In this document: positions 1 through 11,780 of the stretch, piece after piece
Layout: each line of letters begins with the position of its first letter
Numbering within the stretch: position 1 is the first letter of the stretch
DNA from: Bdellovibrionales bacterium
GTDB lineage: Bacteria > Bdellovibrionota > Bdellovibrionia > Bdellovibrionales > UBA1609
NCBI GenBank assembly: GCA_965261545.1
Contig: CBDHDF010000011.1
Coordinates: 832,001-896,000, forward strand
DNA length: 64,000 nucleotides
Reading direction: 5' to 3'
The notes under the pieces: model-generated
Told to the model about the DNA's origin: nothing
The model's input: only the letters and a program-made list of their open reading frames with translations
The model's database searches: none
Made by a program: the position numbers and the translations under genes

Positions 1-92
1 GCCATGGATGAGTCTGTGGATAACTGACTCATCTTGGCGGAGTTAGTATGGGGAGGTGAATTGGAAAAAGAAATGTTGATCGACAATAAAAA

Positions 93-1358
93 CTATAATG
101 TACAAAAACGCTTGGGGAAACTTCCAACAATATCCAAATCCCCAGCACACAAGTAAATCATATTCTCAAAACCCTGTAGGTTCTTAAATCCTGAAGCCCG
201 ATTTTTTATGATCTTTAGAAGGCGATTGATTCCCTCAGCCTTGGCATTTGTGACAGGATCTTTAATGAAGGAAAGAATATTTTCTTGGTGCTTCCTGAGC
301 ATCAAGGCAAACTTTTTCATAGAATCAATGCGTGATCTTAAGGCACGAGTGATCCAGGCATTCAGAAAATTCGCAGCATGACCTGGACTCACATAATCCC
401 AGAAATGCTCAAAATTATCTTTAAGCAGCCATGCTCTGAATATTTTATTGTTAGATTTCTCCATGAGGTTAATTTTACGAGTTTGGGCCTTACTACGAGA
501 GGATGAACTGTAGGCTATCAACCAGCGAGTTCCCTTAATAGCCTTTCTGTCCTTCTTGCAGGCATCTCTCCAAATTTCTTTTCTCACCTCATCCACAGCC
601 CTGTTGAGGGATTGAATAATGTGAAATTTGTCCAAAACGAGAGTAGCATTCTTACAATGCTCCTTGATAGAGGAGATGTAGCCTTGAGCCATATCACAAC
701 AAGCCACTCTAATTTTGTCTCGCTGATATTGGCTGAGTTCCTTTGTAAAAAAGGAGTCTATTGTCTCCTTACCCTTACCTTTTCCAATCCAAACGACACA
801 GCCTTTCTTCATGTCGTAAATCAAGGTAATAAACTTCCTTCCCTTAGCATAAGAAATTTCATCGACTCCAATGACCTCCAAACCACGAATTTTGTGACCA
901 TCTCGTTCCCTGTGGATGATTCGATGAATAAGATCAGATAAGGTGGATGTGGGTATCTTGACAAGCTCTGAAACGGCTTTTTGGGTCATCTGCTTGGTCA
1001 GGGTCAGAATTGTTAGTTCCAGACGATAGGTGACTCGACTGAAGTGGTCGGCCCAAGGAATTCTCTCCATAATACGACCATGAGTGGGACACAGAACTTC
1101 CTTCGGAGAATAATGGAAATAAATGGGGGTACCGCACACGACGATATCTCGCCACACTCTTTCTTCTAAGCATCTAAGTATCTTACAGCGGCGTCCACAA
1201 TGAGGACAGCGGCAGCCATTCTTATGGGGTTTAACCCCTAAGTGAAGTTCTTGATTTCGATTTTTAAATTTAACCCAAGTCACTTTTAAGAATGATAATT
1301 TCAACATCTTTATAATAAACTTATTCAAGACCATGGCATCTCCTGTATTATTTTCCAA
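93..1358 (-). CDS. ISL3-family transposase
   Basis: N-terminal CPHC...CPTH zinc finger, IGVDEISY, ACCDM, LDKFH and TNAKAEGIN motifs; left end near 1511 (GGTATATCCG on minus strand); right end lies outside the window. Confidence 0.9.
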   Translation of the reverse strand: MENNTGDAMVLNKFIIKMLKLSFLKVTWVKFKNRNQELHLGVKPHKNGCRCPHCGRRCKILRCLEERVWRDIVVCGTPIYFHYSPKEVLCPTHGRIMERIPWADHFSRVTYRLELTILTLTKQMTQKAVSELVKIPTSTLSDLIHRIIHRERDGHKIRGLEVIGVDEISYAKGRKFITLIYDMKKGCVVWIGKGKGKETIDSFFTKELSQYQRDKIRVACCDMAQGYISSIKEHCKNATLVLDKFHIIQSLNRAVDEVRKEIWRDACKKDRKAIKGTRWLIAYSSSSRSKAQTRKINLMEKSNNKIFRAWLLKDNFEHFWDYVSPGHAANFLNAWITRALRSRIDSMKKFALMLRKHQENILSFIKDPVTNAKAEGINRLLKIIKNRASGFKNLQGFENMIYLCAGDLDIVGSFPKRFCTL

Positions 1359-1510
1359 TAAGTAAATTAAGAGATTAAACCATGGTTTTGTTATGGGTAA
1401 AGTAATGAGGGGGATAAATCATGGAAATTGAATTATTTTCTTGGTTTTTAATGCGGTAATTCTGCAACGTCGAAATTAGGCCCATTTTCTGTTGAGAAAC
1501 TCGGATATAC

Positions 1511-2611
1511 CCAAAAATAAGAATACAGCTCTTGCAATATTCCATTAAGGCTTGTTGAGTGCCACTGCTCCATTTTCATTGTCGATGTAAAATCACGAAA
1601 TGTCGTTTCTATTTCCCAACGACGAGAGTAAAGAGCAACCATATCCTTCTTGTCCAAGGAGCCATGCGGAAGATTAGTGGCCAAAACAGAGAACTCCCCA
1701 GTCTTTGGGTTTTTATACTTATAGAGATGAATGACCACCCCCTCAATAACCATTCGTGAATACCAACCTGGGCCATTAAATAAATTTACAATGGGGATAA
1801 AAGTAGAGCCTCGCTTACAACGCGCAATAAAGAAGTTACTGGCTTGAGCATGGGCCTTAATAATCTCTGTAGATAAATAAAGCCTATCGTAGAGAGTTAT
1901 GCTATTACTCTCAAAACTACCTATCATTTGAATAGCATTGGCGATTTCGTTCAGAGCGGGAGAATAGCAAAGATTCTTTGTCACACCCGATAAAACGTCA
2001 TAAGCATGAGATAGATACATACGTAAGAAATGAGTTTCCATCTCATTTGGGCAAGGGTACCCACAATAACCCTCCTTTAAAAGATCTTTAGAGCGAGGAA
2101 GTGCTAATTGGTCGCCATCTATGGCATAGATATAAAAACCATGAAACGTTTTTCTCAATGGTTCGTAGTCTGTAATCAAAGATTCAAAGATATCTTTGAA
2201 AAATAGGTAAGAAATACTTTGACGTATCTTGCTGAGACTGCTTTTGACTGGCATGAGAAGCAGGTCACCAAAATGAGTCCATACCGTCTTAAGAGCGATT
2301 TGGTAGCCTTCGTAATTTGTTCCGGAAATAAGATAGATAATGGTAAAAAAGAAAATTTGAGGATTAAATTTTCGATTCCTTTTTTGTTTTTCTGGATCGA
2401 CAAGGTGCTCTGACTTGAAGGAAGAATCAAGTTTTGGTAGAATAAAATGGTCATCTGTGACGCGAACTCGTCATTTGGGGGCTTTCGAGATCAATATTGG
2501 ATTGCATGTGACTTACTCCTTGGTTGAGGGTTGGGTGTAAAATAAAACAAGTCTTATTCTTGTCGATTTATCTAATAATTTCAAGAGATTTTTCTTAAGG
2601 AAACGGCATTG
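1511..2611 (-). pseudogene. IS4-family element A, left part; frameshifted transposase truncated by ISL3
   Basis: End CAATGCCGTTTCCTTAAG (minus strand) at 2611; ORFs 2176-2454 and 1448-2254 with YAIDG, LYDRLY and YSRRWEIE motifs; sequence shared with copies at 7550, 34397 and 63286. Confidence 0.85.
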
Positions 2612-3120
2612 TGCAAAAGCTATAGCCACCAAGGTCTGTTCCATATCAAATTACAAGGTTTTGTATCAGGAAGCTCACAAGCTCTTTGAAAATCTCTTTG
2701 AGGCCAGGCAGCTGGGGCGCAGAAAGAGGTTCTACACCCAACTCATCCATGTGGACCTGTTGATCATTGATGATCTTTTTCTTAGAAAGCGCATTCCGCC
2801 AGAGGCTTGCGATGACTTCCAGGAAATCATTCTGGATCGATACTCAGCGAGAAAAAGCACTCTTATTACCTCCAATCGCATTATTGAGGACTGGGGAAAG
2901 TGTTTGGGCGATAATACCGTGGCCTCTGCCATCCTGGATCGCCTTCTCCACTGCAGCCAACTATTAAAATTTGAGGGAAAAAGCTACCGATTGAAGGAAG
3001 CTTCAAACCGACTTGTCAAGATAAAAAATTAAAGGTAGGGTGAGCCCATCTTGTCAGATCGCCCTAAATGGCCTGGTTTGCCCGCCCACAAATGGCCTAG
3101 TTTAACCCGCCCATCGGGGG
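2612..3120 (+). pseudogene. istB: IS21-family element B: 3' fragment of istB plus right end
   Basis: Near-identical to 53158-53660; LLIIDD, TSN and AILDRL motifs; tandem AAATGGCCT..TTT..CCGCCC end repeats. Confidence 0.85.
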
Positions 3121-3510
3121 TAATGAGCTAATTGAGTCCCTAGGCTTTGTTTGAGGCGAACATCTGTCCAATTCACCTTGGATGACCATGGGGCTTGGTA
3201 GGGCCCATGCGACCCCTTTGAGCGGCTGTTAGGGCCTCCGGGACTATCCTTCACATACTTCTTCACAGTGTTCCGACTAACACCCATAGCTCGAGCTATT
3301 TGTCTCGAACTGAGTCCAAGCTCTATGTATTTCTTAATATTGTTGATCATTCTTGCTCCTTTTTTCTTACCTTGTTTGCCCATAGACACCTCCTCGTTAA
3401 TGCGTAGCGCAGAAAGAATATCTATGAAGATCTAAGTGGGTCAATGTTTGGTGAAATTCAGTGGGTCAAACTTCGTGAAATTGGGTGGGTCAAACTAGGT
3501 GAAATTTTGC
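3121..3510 (-). mobile_element. IS21-family element C: left end with 5' fragment of istA
   Basis: Starts TGCAAAATTTCACC on minus strand; three GTGGGTCAA....GTGAAATT repeats at 3435-3510; HTH SSRQIARAMGVSRNTVKKY; second remnant at 14427-14667. Confidence 0.8.
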
Positions 3511-3520
3511 ACTTGTATCT

Positions 3521-3985
3521 ATGCGGATTCATTGTATTCGACAGGAGCAAAAAATAGCAATGATTTTTGGACTTTTAATATTACTTTCTTTGGGATCCTT
3601 TATATCTCTTCTTATTTCCTTATTGGTATTTGGATTTGGTTATTTACTGGCACTCATCCTCCCATTAACTCAGATGCAAGCATCTTCTTTGTTTTTTGCT
3701 TCACTCACACTTTTGGTTCTTACATGTATTTTTATGATGCTCATATCTCAATTTAAAAATCGTTACTTTCACAAGAATCTAGGAGATATTCTTTTTGATA
3801 ATTTGGATGAGGATTTGGAAGATGAAAAGCAAAAAAAAATTGTAACTGAAGATATGTCTGCATCACAGCAGAAAAATGACCAAAGCGAAAAAATTGGAAG
3901 AAATCAATCCTGTCCATGCGGAAGTGGAAAGAAATTTAAATTCTGTTGTTCCCAAAAGTCCACAGTTCTTTCGTTACACAATTAA
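3521..3985 (+). CDS. Membrane protein with C-terminal SEC-C motif; IS passenger gene, copy 1
   Basis: Hydrophobic N-terminal half, acidic linker, KIGRNQSCPCGSGKKFKFCC; followed by IS end AAAAAACCACGAACACCTATG at 4141-4161. Confidence 0.8.
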   Translation: MRIHCIRQEQKIAMIFGLLILLSLGSFISLLISLLVFGFGYLLALILPLTQMQASSLFFASLTLLVLTCIFMMLISQFKNRYFHKNLGDILFDNLDEDLEDEKQKKIVTEDMSASQQKNDQSEKIGRNQSCPCGSGKKFKFCCSQKSTVLSLHN

Positions 3986-4161
3986 GTCTCTTAAAACACA
4001 TGGCTTGTCGTGGATATCAAATGTCAATCTGCGTCCATTTCTCAAAATACCATCTATAAATATTTATAAATCGCCCACTTCCCTCTATGTAAAAAAGGAG
4101 GCTTGAAAAGTATTTCCATTAATTCGGAATTAAAATTAGAAAAAAACCACGAACACCTATG

Positions 4162-5242
4162 AGAATACTCTTTTCTCTAATGGGATCATATTTGAAACAT
4201 TTTTTATCCCACCATCATTTATAACCTCTCGGACTGTGCTTTTTTCTTTACTGTTCATTGGAACTCCACATAGCGTGTTCCACCCCAATTTCTTGACCTC
4301 TCTTAGGTTTTCTCCAGAAGGAATTCCTCTATCATACACAAGAAGACCTGAGCGGAGATTATAGTGAGAGAATTCTTGTACAAGGCCAGATAGGGTTTTG
4401 CTGTCGGCAATATTTCCATCAAATGTCTTGTGGAAAACAGGAACCCCTTCTTTTCTTTCTGAGTTACACATAGACCTACTTGAATAAGCGGTTTATCTTT
4501 TTTTCCTTCTTTGCTATGACCTAGCTTTCCTATTGTGCATTTTTTCCCATATAAATATGTATTAGTAACATCATACACCATTCCTCGCAAAGACAGCTTA
4601 TATTTTCTTTTGGCAACATTAAATACATTCCTCTGAATAGACTCTATCTTACTTTCAGTTAAAGTATCTAGAGATGTTAGCAACCGATATTCTGTTAAAC
4701 CATCTAAATCCAATATATTATTTAAATCTGTTCTCTCAAACCATTCAGGCATATTATTTAGGCTCTGATAGTTTAGACAGTGGGCATATACCATACTTAA
4801 TATTTCATTAGAGTAAGACCCCAACATATTTTGTAGTTCTAATTTTTTAGAAATACTATCTAAAACCAATAATGGTCCATATACTTTCACCTCATTGACT
4901 TGAAGGTCATCAGATGATATCGATATTACCTTTTTTTCATCTACCTCTTTCCCAATGTAACGAATATGTTTCTGTACTACTTTTCCATTAATTCTCTTAC
5001 CTTCTACTTCTGCTAAATATGTTTTTCCATTTTTTTTATTTTTCTGATGTAACTCATATTTCCCCTCTCACTAGTGTTGTGTATAATTTATACACAACAA
5101 AATAAAGGGAGGCAATAGTAATTTATGAGAATTTTCTAAAAAAATAATGATTTTTCAGAAGGAGAAGGGCATGTTATGAAAAAATATAAAGATAGTCTAT
5201 AAATGTTGTGTATAAAAATGGCCACGAATTCAAGTCATGAGG
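4162..5242 (-). pseudogene. IS1634-like transposase remnant, frameshifted and truncated
   Basis: Fragments with VYDVTNTY, GHSKEGKKDKPLI, FDGNIADSKT and LVYDRG motifs; ends approximate. Confidence 0.75.
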
Positions 5243-5272
5243 CCTTCTTTTCTGTCTTATCTGTCTTATTTA

Positions 5273-7417
5273 GTTTCTGTCCAGAAAGGCCCATTTTTTG
5301 TTCTCTGACACTCCCCATTGAGCCTCCCAATGCCTCAATGGGGGAGTGAGAGTTGGAGATTTGCCACACAAACTCTACAGATTAAGGGGAAAAAGGTCTT
5401 TAAGCGACTTGCGCCCTAGTTTTTTCGATTTGAAGACGCACCCCTACCTTTGGAAGATTTTAGCACCTTCGACCTGGTCCATTGCTGTTATTCCTAATGG
5501 ATAAATTTAGGTGACAGTTGATAATTCATGTCTTGCCAAGACAACAAAATTATAGGCACAAACGGCATTCTTTACATACCTCTTAAAACCATCATGCCCT
5601 TTCCAGTAAGCAACTCTCATACCAAAACATCTCTTAAGGAATGAAATAACAGCCTCTATTCCGGCTCTCCAATTGAGAAGATTTTTAAAGACCCAAGCAC
5701 TTTTAACCATCTTTAATATTTTCATTCCTTTTTTTTCTGGGAAGCAAACATCTTTAGCCCCCATCTCTTTGGCCTCTTCAAGATTTTCTTTTGAAGCAAA
5801 CCCACCATCTGCACTTACTTTTACAGGGCAAGCCCCATAGGTTTGTGTCACTGAATTCATAACTTTTAAAAACATATCAGAGTCTGCGGGGTTGCCATCA
5901 GGGATCTGACAATCTAAAATCATGTTGCTTTGCCCTGAGGTCAGAAAGATTTTATGCCCAAACTCGACTTCTCTTTGCCCCTTTACAATAATGTCTGTAT
6001 GCGGTTCAAAGATGGATAGGACCTTTTTTTCAGAGGATACTTTTTTCCCCTCAATAACTCTTTTTTGAGTTTGAAAGATGATTTTTTCCAGGTAGAAGGC
6101 AACATTTTCTAACTGTTTTAGACTCTTTTTCAAAGCATTCATCTTCACACATTTTTGTTCTTTTTTTATCTTTCTGATGGTATCAGGTAATCCTTTGTTC
6201 AATTTGGTAGCGATTTTTAAAAGCTCCTTATAGCAAGGTAGTCTTTCCGCATCATTTTTGGAATTATTAATTTTGTAAAGCAAGGTTTTTGCTCTCTTAA
6301 GATCTTCTCTTGAAATAAGTCGCCAAAAATCTTTCATGACATTTTTACGAACTTTTTTAAATTCTCTTTCTGTAACTCTTATGCAGTCATATAAAAGCGA
6401 TGCATCCGTTGGATGATGAATATTTGATTTCGTCACTGTACTGTCCAATCTCATTTTCTTACACGGCTCAATCTTTTGATCTCTTGCATCTGAAACTAAA
6501 GAGGCGCTAATAATTCCCCAAGTTTCTTCACTTATTTGAACAATCAAGTCCTGTAAGGTGGAGTGAGCGTAATTTTCTTCCAATTCAAGGCCCAGAAAAG
6601 CTCTGGTGGATACTGAATCGACAAGATTAAAGGCTAACGCACGATAGGAAAGACCTCTTATGGATTTAAGAATAGCCACCTTGAGAACTTGCTCCGATGT
6701 CATACCAATATCACCAGAATCTTTCTTTTCTTTAACAAGGTCTTCATGAACCATATGGGCAAACTCTGGATGGCGATCAATGATGTTATTAATTTGCTGC
6801 AATTCTGTACTGAGTTGGTGGTTAGGATATTGGGAAAAGAGTCCCAACTGTGTCTTCTTCAAATGGCGCATAGTCCCCCCTTTGGTGAAAGTTTCTCTTT
6901 AATTTTTATATTAACATACGTTTTTTTGAGGGAAAAAAGTGAGCAAGGATGTCTTTTAAGAAGAAAAAAATCAGAGAGGTTCTCGGAGAACATGGATAAG
7001 AATTCTACCTCATAGAGAGGTTCCCACGCCTCCTAAAACCTACATAAAAAATAAATGAAGAATAAAATATCAAAAATTATTTCTCTGAAAAAACACGTCA
7101 AGTATTTTTTGAAGTTGATGCGCAACGTAATGTTATTTCCCTGAAGGAGGTTTGAAATCACCACGGTGGAAACACAGGTTGATCCAACTCTTCCTCTCAT
7201 ATCAAGTAACCAGTTGATAGCCACATAAGTCACTGAAAGGGAGGGGCTGTGAAAGGTTCGTCAAGAGAGGGGGGGGAACTTATTTTATTTTTCCGTTTTA
7301 TGTAAGTAACTGAATTTACACGGATTATGTTTGATGGACTCCATTTTAAAGCATAAAATCTAAAGGGAAGGCATGTAAATACTTAAAACTACTTAACTTT
7401 CTTCCCTGGACAGGAAC
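5273..7417 (-). mobile_element. ISNCY-type DDE element, copy 1 (intact)
   Basis: Ends GTTTCTGTCCAG / CTGGACAGGAAC; 6-bp TSD TATTTA at 5267-5272 and 7418-7423. Confidence 0.9.
5507..6871 (-). CDS. ISNCY/IS5-like DDE transposase (454 aa)
   Basis: RLDSTV, SIFEPHT, EFGHK, SADGGF and RAGIEAVIS motifs; four copies in the window. Confidence 0.88.
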   Translation of the reverse strand: MRHLKKTQLGLFSQYPNHQLSTELQQINNIIDRHPEFAHMVHEDLVKEKKDSGDIGMTSEQVLKVAILKSIRGLSYRALAFNLVDSVSTRAFLGLELEENYAHSTLQDLIVQISEETWGIISASLVSDARDQKIEPCKKMRLDSTVTKSNIHHPTDASLLYDCIRVTEREFKKVRKNVMKDFWRLISREDLKRAKTLLYKINNSKNDAERLPCYKELLKIATKLNKGLPDTIRKIKKEQKCVKMNALKKSLKQLENVAFYLEKIIFQTQKRVIEGKKVSSEKKVLSIFEPHTDIIVKGQREVEFGHKIFLTSGQSNMILDCQIPDGNPADSDMFLKVMNSVTQTYGACPVKVSADGGFASKENLEEAKEMGAKDVCFPEKKGMKILKMVKSAWVFKNLLNWRAGIEAVISFLKRCFGMRVAYWKGHDGFKRYVKNAVCAYNFVVLARHELSTVT

Positions 7418-7746
7418 TATTTAGAAATTCAATCAGCCCATCCACATGGGGAAAACGGATGACTTGCCCCCTTGACCATCTCAAAATGATGCCTGAATGG
7501 GAGGGAGAACTCACCCCTGGGAGCGAAGAACTTGGCTCCATCTTGATCTCAATGCCGTTTCCTTAAGCCACCACACCCCTCTGCCTCTGCGTTAAGCTAT
7601 TTCTTTTAAAAGAACTCCCAGCCCTTTTGATAGACCTTTCATAGCTTCTTTTGAAGTGCCTCCTCTTCTCCATTGAAATCTTCATCAGCAACTTTATCTG
7701 CTTCCTAAATTTCTGATAGAGCCCCGCAACAAAAAGAGGGATGCTA

Positions 7747-9645
7747 CCTGAAATCCCTAAAAGTTGTAACTAGGTTTAATGTATTGCGTTAACTTTCCTC
7801 TCTTCCTATGGAATTGGCTGCTGTCAACGGTTTGAGAGGTTTAATAGTATTAATATATTTAATATGATTCATAAGAATTTGCTGCGAAAGGTCCTCTTCG
7901 TCCCCATTGGATAGATGAGGCATAGTGGTAGCCACAGCCACCGTCACATTTGAAACAGATAAAAAACATCATTTTGTCTTGGGAAGCCCATCTATTTGGA
8001 AGGCTGAAAAAATATCCTTTTGTTTTTTAGACAGCTCTCCAAGCATCAGATCACCTGTAGCTAATTCATAAAATTTTAATCGGTCCATCATTTTGTAAAT
8101 TTCTATTTTAGACATTTTTTTATATAACTTCTTATCTTTCATAACAGTATCAATATGTGAAATTAAAATTAAAGAGAGAAAATTAATAAAGATGCTTCCC
8201 CTCATATTCATGAGAGAATGAACTCGACTTCTCCTTCCATTAATATCATGCTTGAATGAGAAAAATACTTTCTCAATGATATCTTTGTTTCGATATAAAC
8301 TCAATATATTTGTTTTCTTTAAATCATGACTATTTGTAATTAATATCATAATACCCAGCGTAGAAGATTCTTCATTAATATTTTCTTCATTTAAAGAAAT
8401 CTTAAATGGAGTGCAATCAGAGATATTGAGAAACCTTTTTTTATTTCCTAAAGTTTCTTTCATATAGGAACTAGCTTGTTCTTCTGATTTCAAATCTTTC
8501 TCAAGAAAGAGTTTCATAAAATCAAGCAACTCTTTCATTAACACAGATTCCTCATAAACCCTTCTTTCTTTGTCTAAGAAAATATGAGCCGTACAATCAA
8601 ATCCTCCGATTTTTATTGATTCTTTGCAATGCGAATAAATTTCCTCATTAAAAGTAAAAGAGCATGATGGAGATTTTATTTTCTCATTTAAAGCCACAGC
8701 AAGCTCTCTTGAGAGTTTTGTTCTAAAACTCATGGGTATCAAATACTTCAATTCCTTACGATGCAGTCCCTTAATATTTTCTACACTAGAAAAACCCTTA
8801 TCCATAACTAAACAATCTAAATCTAATTTATAACTTGTTATGATCTCAATAATATTCGATAAAGTTTTGACATCCGGTATACTTCCAGGATAGATTCTGT
8901 ACGCTATAGGCGTATGAGTTTTATTGTCTTCAGATTTCCTACTTATCAGACCTAAGTTTATTTGTTCGAGATTCTCTCCATCTCTGTTGTAACCTTTCTC
9001 TAAAAATTCATTATTCATAGAGTAGGAAGAAAAGGATGTGATGTCAAACATTACCGTACCAGAACCCTTCACTTGATTTATCCATTCGCTAAAGAAAGAT
9101 TCTATCTTTTTTTGATCTCTCCCAAGATCACATAAGAGATTGCTTATTTTTTGTGACGACATAAAATTTTTCTTTGAAACATAAGCTTCTTGACACCACA
9201 TATCGTAAAGATAAAAGGGCTCTCTTTTGATTATTTTAAAAAAAGCTAAATGCAAATAATGTTCGTAATTATCTGGATAAATTTTAGACAATGTTTTTAG
9301 AAGATTTAGTTGTTCGCATATTTTCTCTAAGAAAAATAAGGCTCCCACATTATAGGAGCCTATGGGAATCTTTTTTCTTTTGGTCTTAATTTGACCTGTA
9401 AACTCATCCTTTCTTCCAAGGTAGATGCGTTTTTGCCTGGCCTGCTTTTTTTCCTTGTCCCAAAAGCTTTCAACTTTATAGACATAGGTTTTTCCCTTAT
9501 TTTTTTGCTCAAAAGTGTATGACATCGTTAATATTGTAACTATGCTTTTGAAGAGATGACAATCTCTTAATCAAAGTGAAGGCCTTCTCAGACAATAATC
9601 AGGACTTAAGTCCTACACCTAGTTACAACTTTTAGGGATTTCAGG
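7747..9645 (-). mobile_element. IS1634-family element (intact)
   Basis: Terminal IR CCTGAAATCCCTAAAAGTTGTAACTAGG at both ends; TSD ATGCTA at 7741-7746 and 9646-9651. Confidence 0.92.
7969..9525 (-). CDS. IS1634-family transposase (518 aa)
   Basis: MFDITSFS, GYNRDG, YPGSIPDV, VMDKGF and YRNKDIIEKVF motifs. Confidence 0.9.
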   Translation of the reverse strand: MSYTFEQKNKGKTYVYKVESFWDKEKKQARQKRIYLGRKDEFTGQIKTKRKKIPIGSYNVGALFFLEKICEQLNLLKTLSKIYPDNYEHYLHLAFFKIIKREPFYLYDMWCQEAYVSKKNFMSSQKISNLLCDLGRDQKKIESFFSEWINQVKGSGTVMFDITSFSSYSMNNEFLEKGYNRDGENLEQINLGLISRKSEDNKTHTPIAYRIYPGSIPDVKTLSNIIEIITSYKLDLDCLVMDKGFSSVENIKGLHRKELKYLIPMSFRTKLSRELAVALNEKIKSPSCSFTFNEEIYSHCKESIKIGGFDCTAHIFLDKERRVYEESVLMKELLDFMKLFLEKDLKSEEQASSYMKETLGNKKRFLNISDCTPFKISLNEENINEESSTLGIMILITNSHDLKKTNILSLYRNKDIIEKVFFSFKHDINGRRSRVHSLMNMRGSIFINFLSLILISHIDTVMKDKKLYKKMSKIEIYKMMDRLKFYELATGDLMLGELSKKQKDIFSAFQIDGLPKTK

Positions 9646-10415
9646 ATGCTATCCATTATGAAATCAAGAATCAGTTTAAAGTTAGGTTTTTTGTAGTCAT
9701 TTTTTACCAACTGATTCACACTGTCTTCATCCTCATTTATGCTCATTTGAATCTTTGTATAATTGAAGAGCCAAAAATAAGAATACAGCTCTTGCAATAT
9801 TCCATTAAGGCTTGTTGAGTGCCACTGCTCCATTTTCATTGTCGATGTAAAATCACGAAATGTCGTTTCTATTTCCCAACGACGAGAGTAAAGAGCAACC
9901 ATATCCTTCTTGTCCAAGGAGCCATGCGGAAGATTAGTGGCCAAAACAGAGAACTCCCCAGTCTTTGGGTTTTTATACTTATAGAGATGAATGACCACCC
10001 CCTCAATAACCATTCGTGAATACCAACCTGGGCCATTAAATAAATTTACAATGGGGATAAAAGTAGAGCCTCGCTTACAACGCGCAATAAAGAAGTTACT
10101 GGCTTGAGCATGGGCCTTAATAATCTCTGTAGATAAATAAAGCCTATCGTAGAGAGTTATGCTATTACTCTCAAAACTACCTAGTTTCTGTCCAGAAAGG
10201 CCCATTTTTTGTTCTCTGACACTCCCCATTGAGCCTCCCAATGCCTCAATGGGGAGTGAGAGTGGAGATTTGCCACACAAACTCTACAGATTAAGGGGAA
10301 AAAGGTCTTTAAGCGACTTGCGCCCTAGTTTTTTCGATTTGAAGACGCACCCCTACCTTTGGAAGATTTGAGCACCTTCGACCTGGTCCATTGCTGTTAT
10401 TCCTAATGGATAAAT

Positions 10416-11780
10416 TTAGGTGACAGTTGATAATTCATGTCTTGCCAAGACAACAAAATTATAGGCACAAACGGCATTCTTTACATACCTCTTAAAACCA
10501 TCATGCCCTTTCCAGTAAGCAACTCTCATACCAAAACATCTCTTAAGGAATGAAATAACAGCCTCTATTCCGGCTCTCCAATTGAGAAGATTTTTAAAGA
10601 CCCAAGCACTTTTAACCATCTTTAATATTTTCATTCCTTTTTTTTCTGGGAAGCAAACATCTTTAGCCCCCATCTCTTTGGCCTCTTCAAGATTTTCTTT
10701 TGAAGCAAACCCACCATCTGCACTTACTTTTACAGGGCAAGCCCCATAGGTTTGTGTCACTGAATTCATAACTTTTAAAAACATATCAGACTCTGCGGGG
10801 TTGCCATCAGGGATCTGACAATCTAAAATCATGTTGCTTTGCCCTGAGGTCAGAAAGATTTTATGCCCAAACTCGACTTCTCTTTGCCCCTTTACAATAA
10901 TGTCTGTATGCGGTTCAAAGATGGATAGGACCTTTTTTTCAGAAGATACTTTTTTCCCCTTAATAACTCTTTTTTGAGTTTGAAAGATGATTTTTTCCAG
11001 GTAGAAGGCAACATTTTCTAACTGTTTTAGACTCTTTTTCAAAGCATTCATCTTCACACATTTTTGTTCTTTTTTTATCTTTCTGATGGTATCAGGTAAT
11101 CCTTTGTTCAATTTGGTAGCGATTTTTAAAAGCTCCTTATAGCAAGGTAGTCTTTCCGCATCATTTTTGGAATTATTAATTTTGTAAAGTAAGGTTTTTG
11201 CTCTCTTAAGATCTTCTCTTGAAATAAGTCGCCAAAAATCTTTCATGACATTTTTACGAACTTTTTTAAATTCTCTTTCTGTAACTCTTATGCAGTCATA
11301 TAAAAGCGATGCATCCGTTGGATGATGAATATTTGATTTCGTCACTGTACTGTCCAATCTCATTTTCTTACACGGCTCAATCTTTTGATCTCTTGCATCT
11401 GAAACTAAAGAGGCGCTAATAATTCCCCAAGTTTCTTCACTTATTTGAACAATCAAGTCCTGTAAGGTGGAGTGAGCGTAATTTTCTTCCAATTCAAGGC
11501 CCAGAAAAGCTCTGGTGGATACTGAATCGACAAGATTAAAGGCTAACGCACGATAGGAAAGACCTCTTATGGATTTAAGAATAGCCACCTTGAGAACTTG
11601 CTCCGATGTCATACCAATATCACCAGAATCTTTCTTTTCTTTAACAAGGTCTTCATGAACCATATGGGCAAACTCTGGATGGCGATCAATGATGTTATTA
11701 ATTTGCTGCAATTCTGTACTGAGTTGGTGGTTAGGATATTGGGAAAAGAGTCCCAACTGTGTCTTCTTCAAATGGCGCAT
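10416..11780 (-). CDS. ISNCY/IS5-like DDE transposase, copy 2
   Basis: Nearly identical to 5507-6871. Confidence 0.88.
   Translation of the reverse strand: MRHLKKTQLGLFSQYPNHQLSTELQQINNIIDRHPEFAHMVHEDLVKEKKDSGDIGMTSEQVLKVAILKSIRGLSYRALAFNLVDSVSTRAFLGLELEENYAHSTLQDLIVQISEETWGIISASLVSDARDQKIEPCKKMRLDSTVTKSNIHHPTDASLLYDCIRVTEREFKKVRKNVMKDFWRLISREDLKRAKTLLYKINNSKNDAERLPCYKELLKIATKLNKGLPDTIRKIKKEQKCVKMNALKKSLKQLENVAFYLEKIIFQTQKRVIKGKKVSSEKKVLSIFEPHTDIIVKGQREVEFGHKIFLTSGQSNMILDCQIPDGNPAESDMFLKVMNSVTQTYGACPVKVSADGGFASKENLEEAKEMGAKDVCFPEKKGMKILKMVKSAWVFKNLLNWRAGIEAVISFLKRCFGMRVAYWKGHDGFKRYVKNAVCAYNFVVLARHELSTVT

Larger units (their letters stand above)
7550..10183 (-). pseudogene. IS4-family element A, right part, interrupted by IS1634 and truncated by ISNCY copy 2
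   Basis: End CAATGCCGTTTCCTTAAG at 7550; sequence continuous across the IS1634 TSD. Confidence 0.85.

Noticed and set aside
3435..3510. Three ~24-bp repeats resembling a mini-CRISPR or iterons
   Set aside because: No spacers or cas genes; they are the tandem end repeats of an IS21 element and finish in the terminal CA.
6689..7233. 108-aa and 66-aa ORFs repeated with each ISNCY copy, and similar short antisense ORFs in other IS
   Set aside because: Recurrence only reflects identical IS copies; no motifs, and most overlap transposases.
7424..7549. 126 bp of unique sequence between two IS
   Set aside because: Too short to assign; probably a stranded gene fragment.
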